A DNA stretch of 63,241 nucleotides, filler included, from Thraustochytrium aureum (GCA_012862495.1; 7 parts of 5 records of this genome joined end to end with filler, not necessarily neighbours in it); one strand, 5' to 3'. Positions 22,945 through 34,779 are shown, numbered from the whole stretch's first letter. Translations and numbers: made by a program. Notes: generated by a model not told the origin, from the sequence alone.

Positions 22945-25255
22945 AGGGCCATGCAGCGTTTTGGAGCGAGGTCGCGCCGGCGAGCGAGGTGCCCCAGCTG
23001 ACAGAGCCCGGGATGGCGTACTGCGAGGCGCAGGATATTGGCCTCCTCGTGGGCGGCCTGGGTGGAACGATAGTGTCGACCTCGGTGTACCTGTACGCGT
23101 TCGAGCGCGGCGCGATGATCGAGACCGACCTTGAAGCCCCCCAGCGGCGCGCACCGAACCTGGTGAGCATTGACCCCCACCCAGAGGCGCCGACGACCTG
23201 CAGGTTTCTGCTGTATGGCGGCAGCGCCGATCGCGGCCGTGACGACTTGTCCTCCACGAACGAGGTGTGGCTCATAGAGGTCGTGGACCCAACGTCAGAC
23301 CCAGTCGACATCCGCATGAACCTCGTGGTCGCGCCCAACGCGGCGATCAACGGCCGCCTCGGGGCCGGAGCGACGGGGTTCCGCAACTCGATGTTTGTGC
23401 TGAACGGGTACTCGCGCCTCGAGTCCAACCCAACCAACCGGCCCTGCTGACCGACGTCTGGCGCTTTACGCTGGACAACGCCTACCTTCAAGTCAACTCG
23501 ACCAACCTCTCCGGCGGCGACGCGGTCCGCTTCCCGCCGCAAGGCAGGTGGACGCGCGTGCTTGACGTGGAGGAGAACCGGTTCTTCTTCAGCGTGTCGC
23601 GCATGGGCGACACGCTGCTCGCTTACGCTGGACAGGGCGTTCAGAGCGATGGCAGGTCCCAGTCGAGCGTTGCGCGGAGCTCGATGCTCCAGTTCGACCT
23701 CGTCGCGCTGGACGAGTCCGAGGGCCTTTTGAAAGCAGAGGATGCCTTCTCCACGATTACGCAGCTGCGCAATGAGCGGGTCTATCGCATCGGCCACGTG
23801 GCCGCCACGCTTGACGACTGGATGTTTGTGTACGGCGGCGAGAAGCTCGTGGTGGGCGACCGGAGGAACAAGTTGTTGGACAACGACTACGTCTCCGTGA
23901 CTCGCGTCACCCTGCCTGGTTCCGGCCAGGACGGCGTGAGCTGCATCACCGCTGAGGGCGACGAGGTGGGCTGGTGCGCCTTCCGCGAGGAGTTTCCCTC
24001 GGTGAGCAACCCGGTCAGCAGCCTCCAGCGGCGCGACACGCTTGTGGCGCTCGTCGACGCTAGCGACGGGCTCCGCCTGCTTGCTCTCAACCTGACCAGC
24101 GTGCGGGCCTCGGGCGAGCCCTTCTTCTCCGACGCCTTCAAGGCTGACATGGAAGACGCTGTCGAGAACGGGCTGCTGGCGCTCAAGAGCCTCCAGTACT
24201 CGCTCATCGCGGTGTGTATCTTCCTCATCCTCTCCGTGGCCATCTTGTTCAAGCAGCGAGGCGGGGTCGAGCTTGGCTTTGTCGAGCAGCCCAAGCGCAA
24301 CCTGGGCGTCTCCCTTGAGGTGATCCGCGCCCTCGAGTTTGTCAAGTTTGACGAGGGCGGAGCTCACATCCCCGTCAAGGTTCGCTTCGACGCCAACGGA
24401 GAGCCGCACATCGTCGAGGAGCTCAGTACAGGCCACCTCGCGGTGGCCGTAGATATCGAGGCCGCAAAGGCCGAGGCCGCCGAGGTGGCGCGAGACGATG
24501 CCGAGGGCGCCAGCACGGAACCCGCTGACGAAAAGGAGGGCGGCGCGGCAGCCAGCCCGCTTTCGACCTCGTTCTATCACAATGCGCAGGACGAGGACGG
24601 GGAGCTCTGCCCGATTTGCTTGATCGACTTTGAGCAAGACGAGCTGCTGCAGAGGCTGCCGTGTGGCCACCTGTTCCACTCCGACTGCGTCGAGCCATGG
24701 CTGCTCAAGAACGCCACCTGCCCGCAGGACAGAATTCACGTTGTGACAAAGCAGATTGAGGCTGATCTCGTCGACGAGGGCGGCGAGGACGAGGACGGCG
24801 AGGCGGAGAGCGAGCATTCTGGCGCTGATCGCGAAGGCGACGGCGACGGTGAAGCAGACCGGCGCCGGGCGGGTGACGAAATGAGCGACGAGGAGGACGA
24901 GGAACAGGGTGACCAAGAGGACGGCCACACGGGGCGTCGCGGCGGCGCTGCAGCGCATTCGGCGACAAGTGAAGGGCGCCGAGCGGTGGACGCATCAGAC
25001 GGATTGGTAGAGGTCGACCTCGAGAATGGCGCCAACGACTCGGCTGCGACGGCTGCTGACGCACAAGATCTCGCCGGTGCAGAGAGGCTTTCGGAGCGGC
25101 AGGTCCGGTCCGAGTCTGCGCCGCATCCGCCTGCCGCCCTCGCGCCACGTGGTGTTCGGGAGACGATGCAGTCGTTGTCCCAAGTGTTTCGGCGCAACTC
25201 GACCCCGAATGGGCGCGGGTCCATGACAAGCCGTGACCGGACTCCGAGCTACTGA
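22945..25255 (+). CDS. Kelch-propeller / TM / RING-H2 membrane E3 ligase, paralog A (5' in gap, frameshift ~23440)
   Basis: Kelch GG motifs (LVGGLG, LLYGGS, FVYGGE), TM YSLIAVCIFLILSVAILF and RING CPICLIDFEQDELLQRLPCGHLFHSDCVEPWLLKNATCPQD. Confidence 0.82.
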
Positions 25256-25675
25256 TTCAATTAAAAACAAATGGTGTGAAATAGTTCTGCAGGCGTTTCG
25301 AAGTCTGAGCATTTGCTGGATGTTCGCCGCCGCGTGCGCTTGGCGTCGTTCTCGAAGGCAAGGCTTGCAGGTCTCTTGGTAGTATGTGCGAAACGGCGCT
25401 AGCTCACCAGCACCAATGGGGTCGACGCGCTGCGCCACGGAGGCGGTTCAAATCAAGAAATAAGAAAACGGAGCTCTCGTACTACAATAATCATGACTCG
25501 CGCAATTGGGCAGCACCCGGGCTTGAACGGGCAGCACCCATAAAGCAACCCGCGGGGAAAAGGGCAAATTCAAAGGCTCGCGCATCAAGAGCTCTTTTGC
25601 CAGCGGCCGCGCGCGCGAAATAGACCCCGGCATTCGCTCAACTTGACGCCCCAAAAGGCTTCCAGCTAGAAACCA

Positions 25676-28069
25676 TCACAAGAGGTCTTCGACGGCGTCG
25701 TTCGGGGTTCCACGACGCCCGCTCGCCCGTCGCGAGCTCGGCTCTGCAGGCTCGGCTGGCGTTCCGCGGAGCCGAGTGATCAAGTTGAGGACGGGGTTGC
25801 CGAGAAACGATCGCGAAGCTTCAGCTTGGCGGCGGGCATCGTCGTCGTAGTCAAAGTCGTCGTCGTCGCCGCCGCTGTCGCGATCGTCCCGACGGCCGCT
25901 GGTTGCTGGCGCTGGAGCCGCCGCCGCCGCCGCCGCCGCCGCCGCAGCGGCCGCCGCCTGCTCACGTTCCTCCTCCAAACGCTCGCGCTCGAGCGCAAGT
26001 TGCACGTCGGTGACTCTCTGGCTGGCCCGCTGGCTCAGGCGGAGCTGCGAGATGCGGCGGCTCTGGCGAGCGCTTAGCCGCACGGGTTCGGGCACCTCGT
26101 CGTTCGCGTCGCCCTCCTCCCCAGAGGCTCGCTCAGCGCTTGTTGCGTCGCCGGCGAGGGCTGGCTGCCCAGCGACCAGATCGGTTTCGCCCGATGACGG
26201 CTCCACCTGCGGAGCGGACCGCCCGGTAACAACATGACGGCGACACATGGGGCATGCCCCCTTGCGCAGCAGCCAATCTGTGACGCAGTCGTCGTGAAAG
26301 AGGTGGTCGCAAGGCAGCTTCATCAGTATCTCATCCTCTTCGAACTCGGAGATACAGATTGAGCAGAGCATGCCGAGGTCATCTTCAGCCTCGTCATCAC
26401 CGTGATCGTGATCGTGGCCGACCGCTGCAAGCTCGATCGTCGTGGCGCCATCCGCCTTTACGGGGTTACCGTCGCTGTCGAGCTCCGTGACGACGCGGTT
26501 TCCCTCCTCGTCTGTCTCGACCTTGACGGGGACGTGGTTGCCGTCTGCGCGATACTTTATCAGCGGGAGCTGGCTGATGACGCGCTGCGAGACTCCGCCC
26601 CGCTTTTGGGGCGTGGGCGAGATCGTGTTGAAAGGCTCGTCATCGTCGCGGTTGCGGTAGAGGATGGCGAGCGAGAGCATGAGAAAAATGCATGCCGCAA
26701 TGAGCGAGTACTGCAGCGAGATGACCCCGGTGAACCCGTTTGAGTTTTCGAGCTCGTTGGCGCTGAAGAGGTGGGCTTTGTTGCCGAGGGACTCCATGTT
26801 AAAGCTGTACAGTGAGTTGCCGCCCGTGTCTGTGTAGCGCCAAAAGATGAGCGTATTGCTGCGCTGGACGCCACTCACAAACACCGAGCTGCCCGGCAGC
26901 TCGGAGGTCGAACCGCACCAGTCCCCTTGCAGGTTGCCGCTGCGGTCTTTGCACTCGATTTTGTTCTGGGCGAGGTCCAGGGTCGTAAGCGCAACGTAGT
27001 CGTTCACCATGACGCGCCCGGTCGGCGCGTAGCGAGACCCGCCGTACACAAACAGCTGCTGCCCGTACGACCCGAGAAAGTGGTTGCCGCGGTTCAGAGG
27101 CGACGAGTTGGCCTGGGCGACCACCGAGCGGGCAGTCTCGTAGCTAAAATCGACCACGCCCGGCGCGACCGACTCGTTGTACGGCTGCGCCTGAGCCAGT
27201 ATGCGCAGGTCGTACGTGTCCAGTCCGCCGGTCATCCGGCTCACGTCCGCGTTGAGCGACTCGAACCCGCCAAAGGCGACCAGCACGTTGTCGATCATCG
27301 TTGCGCCGAGCCCGTAGCGCGGCTTCGAGTTGGCAAAGTTGAACTCGGTCCACTCGGCGCTGGCGACGCCGCCGGCGGGGTCGTCTTCCACGGTGAGGCG
27401 CAGAAGGGAGGAATACGCTACAAAGTTTCTGCCCATCCCGGACCGGCCGCCGAGTTGGAACATCTGCTTTCCAAAGCCCACGGCGGAGCCCTGGATGCGG
27501 CCTTCGACCTTGCCGAGCGGCCCGGTCAAGTTTTCGATCCTTTGGAACGACATAGCGCCCGGCGCTTCAAGCTCAATCACCCAGACGTTGTCGTCCGCGT
27601 TTCGGGCGTTGTCGGAGCTGGATTGCCCGCCGTGGAGCACGAAGCGGCAGGATTTGGGCTTGGTGGGGTGCGGGTCGATTTCGACCAGATGTGAGCCGAA
27701 GCGTCGGCCCCAGGACGCCGCTTCGCTGGGAGTTGTGACCTTCTCAAAGTCGCCGTCCTTAAACCAATATACAAACGCGTCCGAGAAGATGACTCCCTGC
27801 GCGCCAAGGCCGCCGATCATCACAATCGCGTCCAGCTGCTCGCAGTACGCCATGCCGGGCTCCACGCGCAGGTTTGGCGACTTCGAGTAGGGCAGCTTAA
27901 CCCAGTAGGTCCCGGGATTTTGAAACTGCAGGTACAGGAAGATCAGGCCCGAGAGCATAAACCCGCCGATGAGGAACCATACTATGCGCCTCGTGAAGCA
28001 TTCGCGCACGCCGTCAAGCCGCACGGTCCTTGTCCTTGCGGGCCTGTCGGGGACCTGCGTTGGGTGCAT
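25676..28069 (-). CDS. Kelch-propeller / TM / RING-H2 membrane E3 ligase, paralog B
   Basis: Intact 797-aa ORF with an N-terminal hydrophobic anchor, five GG Kelch motifs, TM YSLIAACIFLMLSLAILY and RING-H2 CSIC...PCDHLFHDDC..WL....CPMC. Confidence 0.88.
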   Translation of the reverse strand: MHPTQVPDRPARTRTVRLDGVRECFTRRIVWFLIGGFMLSGLIFLYLQFQNPGTYWVKLPYSKSPNLRVEPGMAYCEQLDAIVMIGGLGAQGVIFSDAFVYWFKDGDFEKVTTPSEAASWGRRFGSHLVEIDPHPTKPKSCRFVLHGGQSSSDNARNADDNVWVIELEAPGAMSFQRIENLTGPLGKVEGRIQGSAVGFGKQMFQLGGRSGMGRNFVAYSSLLRLTVEDDPAGGVASAEWTEFNFANSKPRYGLGATMIDNVLVAFGGFESLNADVSRMTGGLDTYDLRILAQAQPYNESVAPGVVDFSYETARSVVAQANSSPLNRGNHFLGSYGQQLFVYGGSRYAPTGRVMVNDYVALTTLDLAQNKIECKDRSGNLQGDWCGSTSELPGSSVFVSGVQRSNTLIFWRYTDTGGNSLYSFNMESLGNKAHLFSANELENSNGFTGVISLQYSLIAACIFLMLSLAILYRNRDDDEPFNTISPTPQKRGGVSQRVISQLPLIKYRADGNHVPVKVETDEEGNRVVTELDSDGNPVKADGATTIELAAVGHDHDHGDDEAEDDLGMLCSICISEFEEDEILMKLPCDHLFHDDCVTDWLLRKGACPMCRRHVVTGRSAPQVEPSSGETDLVAGQPALAGDATSAERASGEEGDANDEVPEPVRLSARQSRRISQLRLSQRASQRVTDVQLALERERLEEEREQAAAAAAAAAAAAAAPAPATSGRRDDRDSGGDDDDFDYDDDARRQAEASRSFLGNPVLNLITRLRGTPAEPAEPSSRRASGRRGTPNDAVEDLL

Positions 28070-29335
28070 CGCCTCTGCCCGGGTTCACGGGGCCACCCGG
28101 CGCTCGACGCAGCTCGCACTGCCGCCCGCCCGCCCGAACCAACACGCGCAGCAGCCCACCGCCCGTACGTTCGACCGCGCGCCCAGCAGCCTTTCCACGG
28201 GCGAGTCTCTTGCGACGCGCGCACGCCTTGGAGCTCTGCTGTTCTGTCCGCAATCTCTACAAACTCAACCTCAGAACAGGCCAAAAACCCCAAACAACAA
28301 AACCAAACCAAAAACAGCGAAAAAAACCTCAAAAAAACCTCAAAAAAACTGCGTCAAACAACCCAAACCTCCAACAAACCCAGCAAGGCCCTGAGGCGGC
28401 CTTTCCAGGTGGAGGGAGTGCACTCGTTCCTTCCTCTACGGTCCAGCCACTCCCTTCGAAAGAAATTCGAAGGAACAAAAGAATAAATGAAGAACCTACT
28501 GTCGGGGTTTTCGAATGCGCTCGCGGCTGTGATGATGATGATCAGCCGCGCAGTTGGTCAAGAGCCTCGAGCAGAACAGGTAGGTCGCAGGAGTTGAGCT
28601 GGCTCGGCGGCGAGAGGGGGAAATGGGACGTGCGCTTCATCACACTGGTGCTGGTGCTGCAGCAGCAGCGCAGCAGCGCAGCAGCGCTCCGGGCCACGTG
28701 CGTGGTGCGTGACGCTGAGATGCGACTCTCATGATCAATCATGTGATTGTCTTGCCTTCAAGTTGTGACGCTGAGGACGAGGCGAAAGAGGATCCGCCGC
28801 GCAGGACGGACGCTCACGCGCGGGCGCTCGATTGGGTTGGCCGCAGCGAGGCGTTCTGCATTCTGTCGTCGATCTGGACGACTCCTCTTTGCTTGCCACC
28901 GGCAGTGCCTCGCTTGGTTGTTTGTTGCACGATCAGGTTGAAGGCGGGTTGCGTTTTGGCGCGGCGATGGTGGCGCTCTCATGATGATCTACTCTGCTGA
29001 GTACCTATGGCGGCGCTCGATGGCGCTGGTGACGCCGGCCAAAAGGCGATCGATCCGCCGCGAGGAGGCAGCGCGATCATCTGCAGGCGCTTGCGCGAGT
29101 AGAGTACTGGTGAGTACCTACCTGTTCAGCGTCTGCGAAATGTCGGATCGGCCTCCCGCGCTGGATTGCTTGCAGAGGCTCCTTCAGACGCAAGACGCAC
29201 GAGGTGCTACCAAGCTTGGTACTCCTTCGGCCTACCCAGCGAGAGCCGCAGCCAGGCTCTGTCGGTCGGTCGGAGCGGGCAGGGCTTCGCAAGCGCAAAA
29301 CAAGAACTGGAATTCGCTTGCGTAAATCTAGTAGA

Positions 29336-30431
29336 CTACGGCGACGCAAAGTTCCAAGCGTCAGGGTTGCGGACGCGGAAGCAGGAGCCCCGAAAGTCCG
29401 GGTTGGGGTTGCCCGAGCAGGACCACTGCCACGCGTCGTCAATCTTCGAGTACTCGAAGACACCGTCGTTGTAGTACTCCTTGTACTTGCGCGAGTGCGC
29501 CGACGTGCGGCGGGCCCCGTCCGGCTTCGGCTCGTGCTTGGTCTCCGCTTCTGTCGCCGCCGATTCGGGCTTGGGGATGCCCGCACGCTCCCGCTCCTTC
29601 TCGGCGCGCTGCTCCGCCACGCGCTGCTTGTGGGCCACGATGGGGTTGACGTAGCCCTCGTTCTCCAGTCGCCTGCTTTTCGACCGCGAGTGCCGCAGCG
29701 ACCGCGCCGTGCGGGCCTTCGCGCGCCACGCTAGCTCCTTGTGGTTGATCTCCGTGGATCCGTCCCACGGCGCCTTGTCTGCCAGCTCCGGGTGCACCGG
29801 CGCCTCCTCCGTGCGCTTTGGCGTCTCCAGCTTGTGGGCGTCCTCGTGGAGGCCTTTGTGCAGCACGCGGTGGTCAAACTCGTGCCGTCCCGGCTTGTGC
29901 ACGAAGTGCGTGTTCGACTTGCTCAGCACCTCGGCGCGATAGTTGAATTTGTACAAGGTGGGGTCGTACTTTGCCATTTGTCGCCCGCGCCGCTCCACGA
30001 GCGGCTCGTCTGTTGACACGCGTTCGTCCCATGCTGGCTTGCTCAGCCCGAGGATGTCCTTGCGCGAGGCAGCGAGCACCTCCCTCTTCTTCTCGCGGTT
30101 GCCTGCGTGGACGTCCTTGTCGTGGAAAGCTTGCTCAGCCCGCGTGTACTCGCGCCGTCCATGAATCGTGCCGATGCGTGTGGCGGCTTTTCAAGTGCTN
30201 NNNNNNNNNNNNNNNNNNNNNNNNNNNNNNNNNNNNNNNNNNNNNNNNNNNNNNNNNNNNNNNNNNNNNNNNNNNNNNNNNNNNNNNNNNNNNNNNNNNN
30301 NNNNNNNNNNNNNNNNNNNNNNNNNNNNNNNNNNNNNNNNNNGTCTCGGTCGTGCCGATGCGTGTGGCGGCTTTCAAGTGCTTGTGCTTGCGTTCGGCCA
30401 CGCCGTCGCCGCGTGGTTTCACTCCCGCCAT
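29336..30431 (-). CDS. Hypothetical charged protein with C-terminal WSC-containing motif; spans small gap
   Basis: ORF 29336-30079 extends upstream, with one homopolymer shift, to MAGVKPRG at 30431. C-terminus is YYNDGVFEYSKIDDAWQWSCSGNPNPDFRGSCFRVRNPDAW. Confidence 0.55.
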
Positions 30432-31214
30432 CGCCCCGGGGCGTCCGTCGGTCGTGCTGCCGAAACGCAAGCCCGTGCCGTCCTGCGCTACCCGTGCCGT
30501 CCTGCGCTACCCGTGCCTGGCAGCTTACCAGACCTTGCACGTCGCCTTGCGTTCCGAGCCGGGTGCTGACGGGCGTCTGGAGTTGCCGCGTATTGGGCGC
30601 GGACGCTCTCGAGACAGCAATCTGAAGTGGGCTCCCGCGCCACGTTCGTCGCGCACTCTCTCGTCCGCCAGGTCCAAAACAAAATCCGCATCCTACACCT
30701 TCTGACATTGACGCCTTGTTACTGATTGTATTGGATGGGGCGGAGTGGTCGTCGGAGAGAGAGTGGCAAAGTACGCACCCTCGCCAAGTCCTACCTGAAC
30801 GGATCTCCACGTGCAACTGTCTCGAGCTGGGGCTTGGTAGCACGCGGGCTCCGCCACGCGCAGAGCTGTCCCGGTTAACAGCCCTCTAGCTCTCTAGAGC
30901 TTGGCGTATTTTACTGCGTTAACCCAGTAACACCATGGATCATCCATCGCCTTCTAGGGCGATGGAGCAACATCGATGCCGGGCTGCCCGAAACGGGCAC
31001 CCCTGCGCGCGACAGCGCGCGACAGGAGCGGCGTGCTGAAGGAGCAAACCCGGGGCAAGCTCCTCTTGTCAATAGAGTACTCCTGGGCGCGCCTGTTCAG
31101 TTCTGGTCTACGCTGCTCGAAGGCAAGATGCCATTCTCGTGTCGCGCGATTTGTAGGCGCACTGCCTGCGCCGAATGATGCGTATGCTGCGTGCTTCGCG
31201 AAGGTAGCGAGCGC

Positions 31215-32096
31215 TTATGGACGCGCTGGGAGCTGACGAAGAAAGCGCCGGTCGCCGGCGAAAACCTGGACGGAAGAGACAAGGCTCGAGAACCGCACGT
31301 CCAACCCTGCGTCGGTTGGTCCGCTGCTTGCAGTCTCGCTCTGGGGCACCGTAGCGGACTGCGCTGAGGCGGCCAAACCCGGAGCGCAACTGGCGCCGCA
31401 GGCGGCCGGGCCTCGCCGGGGGGACTGCTGCAGAGGAATCTCGGCGTGCTCGAGAGCGGGCGCGCTGGGCGCAGCCTCGCAGAGGCGGGGCGCCCGAGCA
31501 TCGCAAGCGACCCAGCAGAGCGACACGTGCGGGTCGGGTTCAAGGTAGTATACTGGCTTGTCGTAGCGGCGCGCGAGCTCGTCCGCGCGGCCAACAAGGG
31601 CCGCAAACGCGCGACTCCCGCGATGCAAGACTGCCGCCGCAAACAGCCGCGACCCAGTTTCACTGTAGAATAGCCGCAGGCCGTCAAACACGGCCTCAAA
31701 CTGGTAGCACTCGCACAAGAGGGCCTCCGCGTCAGCCACAAACGGCGCGATCTCGTGCTCGCGGAGGGTGAACGTCCGCGTCAAGCTCAAATGTGGCGAG
31801 TCGGCTCGTGCAACCTCTTGGAGGAGGTCAGGCGTCCACCAGGCGGCTCGGCTCGCCTGCTCGACGAGAAACTTGGTCGCGGCCTCGACTGCCTCCTCGG
31901 GCACCGCCACGGGCAGGCACACGAACGTGGCCCAATTCCCGGCGACGTGCTCGAAGGCCCTCACAGGCTTGAGTGCCTTGCTGACCCGGCCCTCGCCTGG
32001 GAGAACCGCTTCGCCCTTGACGGCAGACTTGCCAGCCGCCCGCGCGTCCCCAAAGCGCGGCAGAGCTACCCTAGGCTTCTTCCTTGCGGCCACTGG
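31215..32096 (-). CDS. USB1: U6 snRNA phosphodiesterase (2H family); 5' end at gap
   Basis: RAFEHVAGNWATFV plus two HxS motifs (PHLSLTRT, PHVSLCW). Confidence 0.88.
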   Translation of the reverse strand, partial: PVAARKKPRVALPRFGDARAAGKSAVKGEAVLPGEGRVSKALKPVRAFEHVAGNWATFVCLPVAVPEEAVEAATKFLVEQASRAAWWTPDLLQEVARADSPHLSLTRTFTLREHEIAPFVADAEALLCECYQFEAVFDGLRLFYSETGSRLFAAAVLHRGSRAFAALVGRADELARRYDKPVYYLEPDPHVSLCWVACDARAPRLCEAAPSAPALEHAEIPLQQSPRRGPAACGASCAPGLAASAQSATVPQSETASSGPTDAGLDVRFSSLVSSVQVFAGDRRFLRQLPARP

Positions 32097-32562
32097 NNNN
32101 NNNNNNNNNNNNNNNNNNNNNNNNNNNNNNNNNNNNNNNNNNNNNNNNNNNNNNNNNNNNNNNNNNNNNNNNNNNNNNNNNNNNNNNNNNNNNNNNNNNN
32201 NNNNNNNNNNNNNNNNNNNNNNNNNNNNNNNNNNNNNNNNNNNNNNNNNNNNNNNNNNNNNNNNNNNNNNNNNNNNNNNNNNNNNNNNNNNNNNNNNNNN
32301 NNNNNNNNNNNNNNNNNNNNNNNNNNNNNNNNNNNNNNNNNNNNNNNNNNNNNNNNNNNNNNNNNNNNNNNNNNNNNNNNNNNNNNNNNNNNNNNNNNNN
32401 NNNNNNNNNNNNNNNNNNNNNNNNNNNNNNNNNNNNNNNNNNNNNNNNNNNNNNNNNNNNNNNNNNNNNNNNNNNNNNNNNNNNNNNNNNNNNNNNNNNN
32501 NNNNNNNNNNNNNNNNNNNNNNNNNNNNNNNNNNNNNNNNNNNNNNNNNNNNNNNNNNNNNN

Positions 32563-34561
32563 AGGCCATCATGTCATGCTTCAAGGCGGTCGGCGCCGCT
32601 GCCGTGCTGGCAGTCTGCTCGGTCGGGTCAATGAAGACCCACATCGGCATGGGCTCCTTGGTGGTCCCTGACGACTACTTTTGCCCGCACCGCATCCTCA
32701 CCACTTTCACGGACCATCGCGCGCACAACATCCCCGAGGTCTCGCCAGCGCTTCGCGCCGAAGTCCTCGGCGCCCTCTTCAACGGCGGGATGCGGCCGCT
32801 GGACGGCGGCGTGTACGTCAACTCGAACGGGCCGCGATTCGAGACCAAGGCGGAGATCCGCTACATGGCCCAGTTTGGCGACATCGTCGGCATGACTGGC
32901 GCGCACGAGGCCACCCTGGCCAAGGAGCTCGGCCTGCCGTACGCCATCCTCTCTCTCGTGGACAACATGGCCAACGGAGTGGGCGAGAAGCTCTCGCTCG
33001 AGCAGTTCTACCGCGAGCAGGAAAAGAACAAGCCGCGTCTTGAAGAGGCCGTCCACCTCGTGCTCAAGCACTTTCGGGCCTATCCCGAGGTCCTTGGCGC
33101 ATTGCGAGAGCGCGGCGCGCAGATCTGCGAGGGGACCCAGACCGGCAGTAAAGCGACCAGCCCTTCTGCGGCGTGCGACACGCTCGTGCATGCCGCGCAC
33201 GTCGTTACTGTGGACGCCGAGGACCGCGTCCTCGACGACCACGCCATCGCCATCACGGACGGCAAAATTGTCGAGATCCTTCCCTCGGCCGACGCGGACA
33301 GCAAGTACGGCGCGTTCACGACCGAGGCGATGGAGGTGGTCCGCCTCCCCGACGCCGCGCTGATGCCGGGCCTCATCAACGCCCACACCCACTCGCCAAT
33401 GGTTTTCATGCGTGGCTTTGGCGACGACATGGAGCTCGGCGCGTGGCTGACGACCAAGATCTGGCCCGCCGAAGTGCGGTGCGTCTCGGACGAGTTTGTG
33501 CGCGACGGCGCGCGCCTTGCCTGCGCAGAGTTCATCAAGGGCGGCACCACCTGCTTTTCGGACATGACTTTTTCGGCGAGGCTATCGCGGATGTGATCGA
33601 CGAGACGGGCATGCGCGGCGTCGTCGGCGCCGTGCTCATCGAGTTTCCCTCCAACTACGCCACCAACGCCGAGGACTACATGTCCAAGGGCCGCGACCTG
33701 CTCGTCAAGCTCAAAGGCAACGACCGCGTCACTGCCTCGGTTAGCCCTCACAGCCCGTACGCCGTTTCCGAAGCCCACCTCGTTGACGCGCACAAGCTCG
33801 CGGTGGAGTTTGGCGTGCCCTTCCACATCCACCTGCACGAGTCGGAGCGCGAGGTCCAGGATTCGGAGAAGCTCGACCGGTCGAGCCAGTTCTGCCACAA
33901 CTGCGACCATGCGTGCCGCCCGCTGAAAAACCTCGTGGACATCGGCTGCGTGGACGAGCGCATGGTCGCCGCGCACATGTGCCACCTCACGGACGACGAG
34001 ATCGCCGAGCTTGCTGAGCGCAAAGCCTCCGTGGTACACTGCCCGACCTCCAACATGAAGCTGGCCAGTGGGTTTTGCCCGGTTCTCAAGCTGGACAGCG
34101 CAGGCGTCAACCTGGCGCTGGGCACGGACGGCGCAGCCAGCAACAATTCGCTCGACATGTTTGCTGAGATGAAGCTGGCTGCCATTCTGGCCAAGGGCGT
34201 CTCCAAGGACCCGCAGGCGCTGCCGGCCACCAAGGCGCTGCGCATGGCCACCATCAATGGTGCCAAGGCGCTGGGGCTCGCAGAAAAGGTCGGCTCGCTG
34301 GAGGTTGGCAAGTTTGCTGACCTGATTGCCGTGGATCTCTCCGACATCTCGTCGATGCCCACTTACACGGTGATCTCCCACCTCGTCTACGCAACTGGGC
34401 GGCACCAGGTCACCGACGTGTGGGTGGCCGGCCGCCGCCTCTTGCGCGGCCGTGTGCTGCAAACCATCGACACGGGCAAGCTGCGCCGTAGCGCGGAGGC
34501 CTGGGCTCGCCGCGTCTCACAGGCAGACCTGGAGCACGATGGGACCTACAAGGCCGAGTGA
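32563..34561 (+). CDS. Bifunctional fusion: MTAP/PNP-family nucleoside phosphorylase plus MTA/SAH-type deaminase (amidohydrolase); 5' in gap, frameshift ~33567
   Basis: Phosphorylase motifs CSVGSM, VVPDDY, GPRFETKAE, DIVGMT..HEA.LAKELGLPYA. The same frame continues into deaminase MPGLINAHTH, WL...IWPAE, G.TCFSDM, then HIHLHE, AAH, HCPTSNMKLASG, GTDGAASNN, MATINGAKALG and GSLEVGKFADL. Confidence 0.92.
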
Positions 34562-34779
34562 ACAGGAGGATCCGTCTGCTTGCGGCCGTGTCCCCGCTGC
34601 CAGGACGAACTCCTGGCGTGGCATTGTGTTTGTTTGCAGCATCATGGTCCTTTCCTTTCTCTTTTCTATTTTCCTTTTCCTTTTCCTTTCCCAGTTGGCA
34701 AGCTCTTCTGTCTTGTGTTGATGACGCGAGCCGCTGCAGCGCCCCCAGCGCTGGATAACTTGGCCATGCAAGCAGCGCG

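Noticed and set aside
30166..30381. ~33-bp direct repeat flanking a gap
   Set aside because: Near-identical sequence on both contig ends indicates unmerged overlap or alleles.
17902..34561. Apparent SAM/methionine-salvage cluster (methyltransferase, GTK-like aminotransferase, MTA deaminase-phosphorylase)
   Set aside because: The genes sit on different scaffolds separated by an artificial linker.
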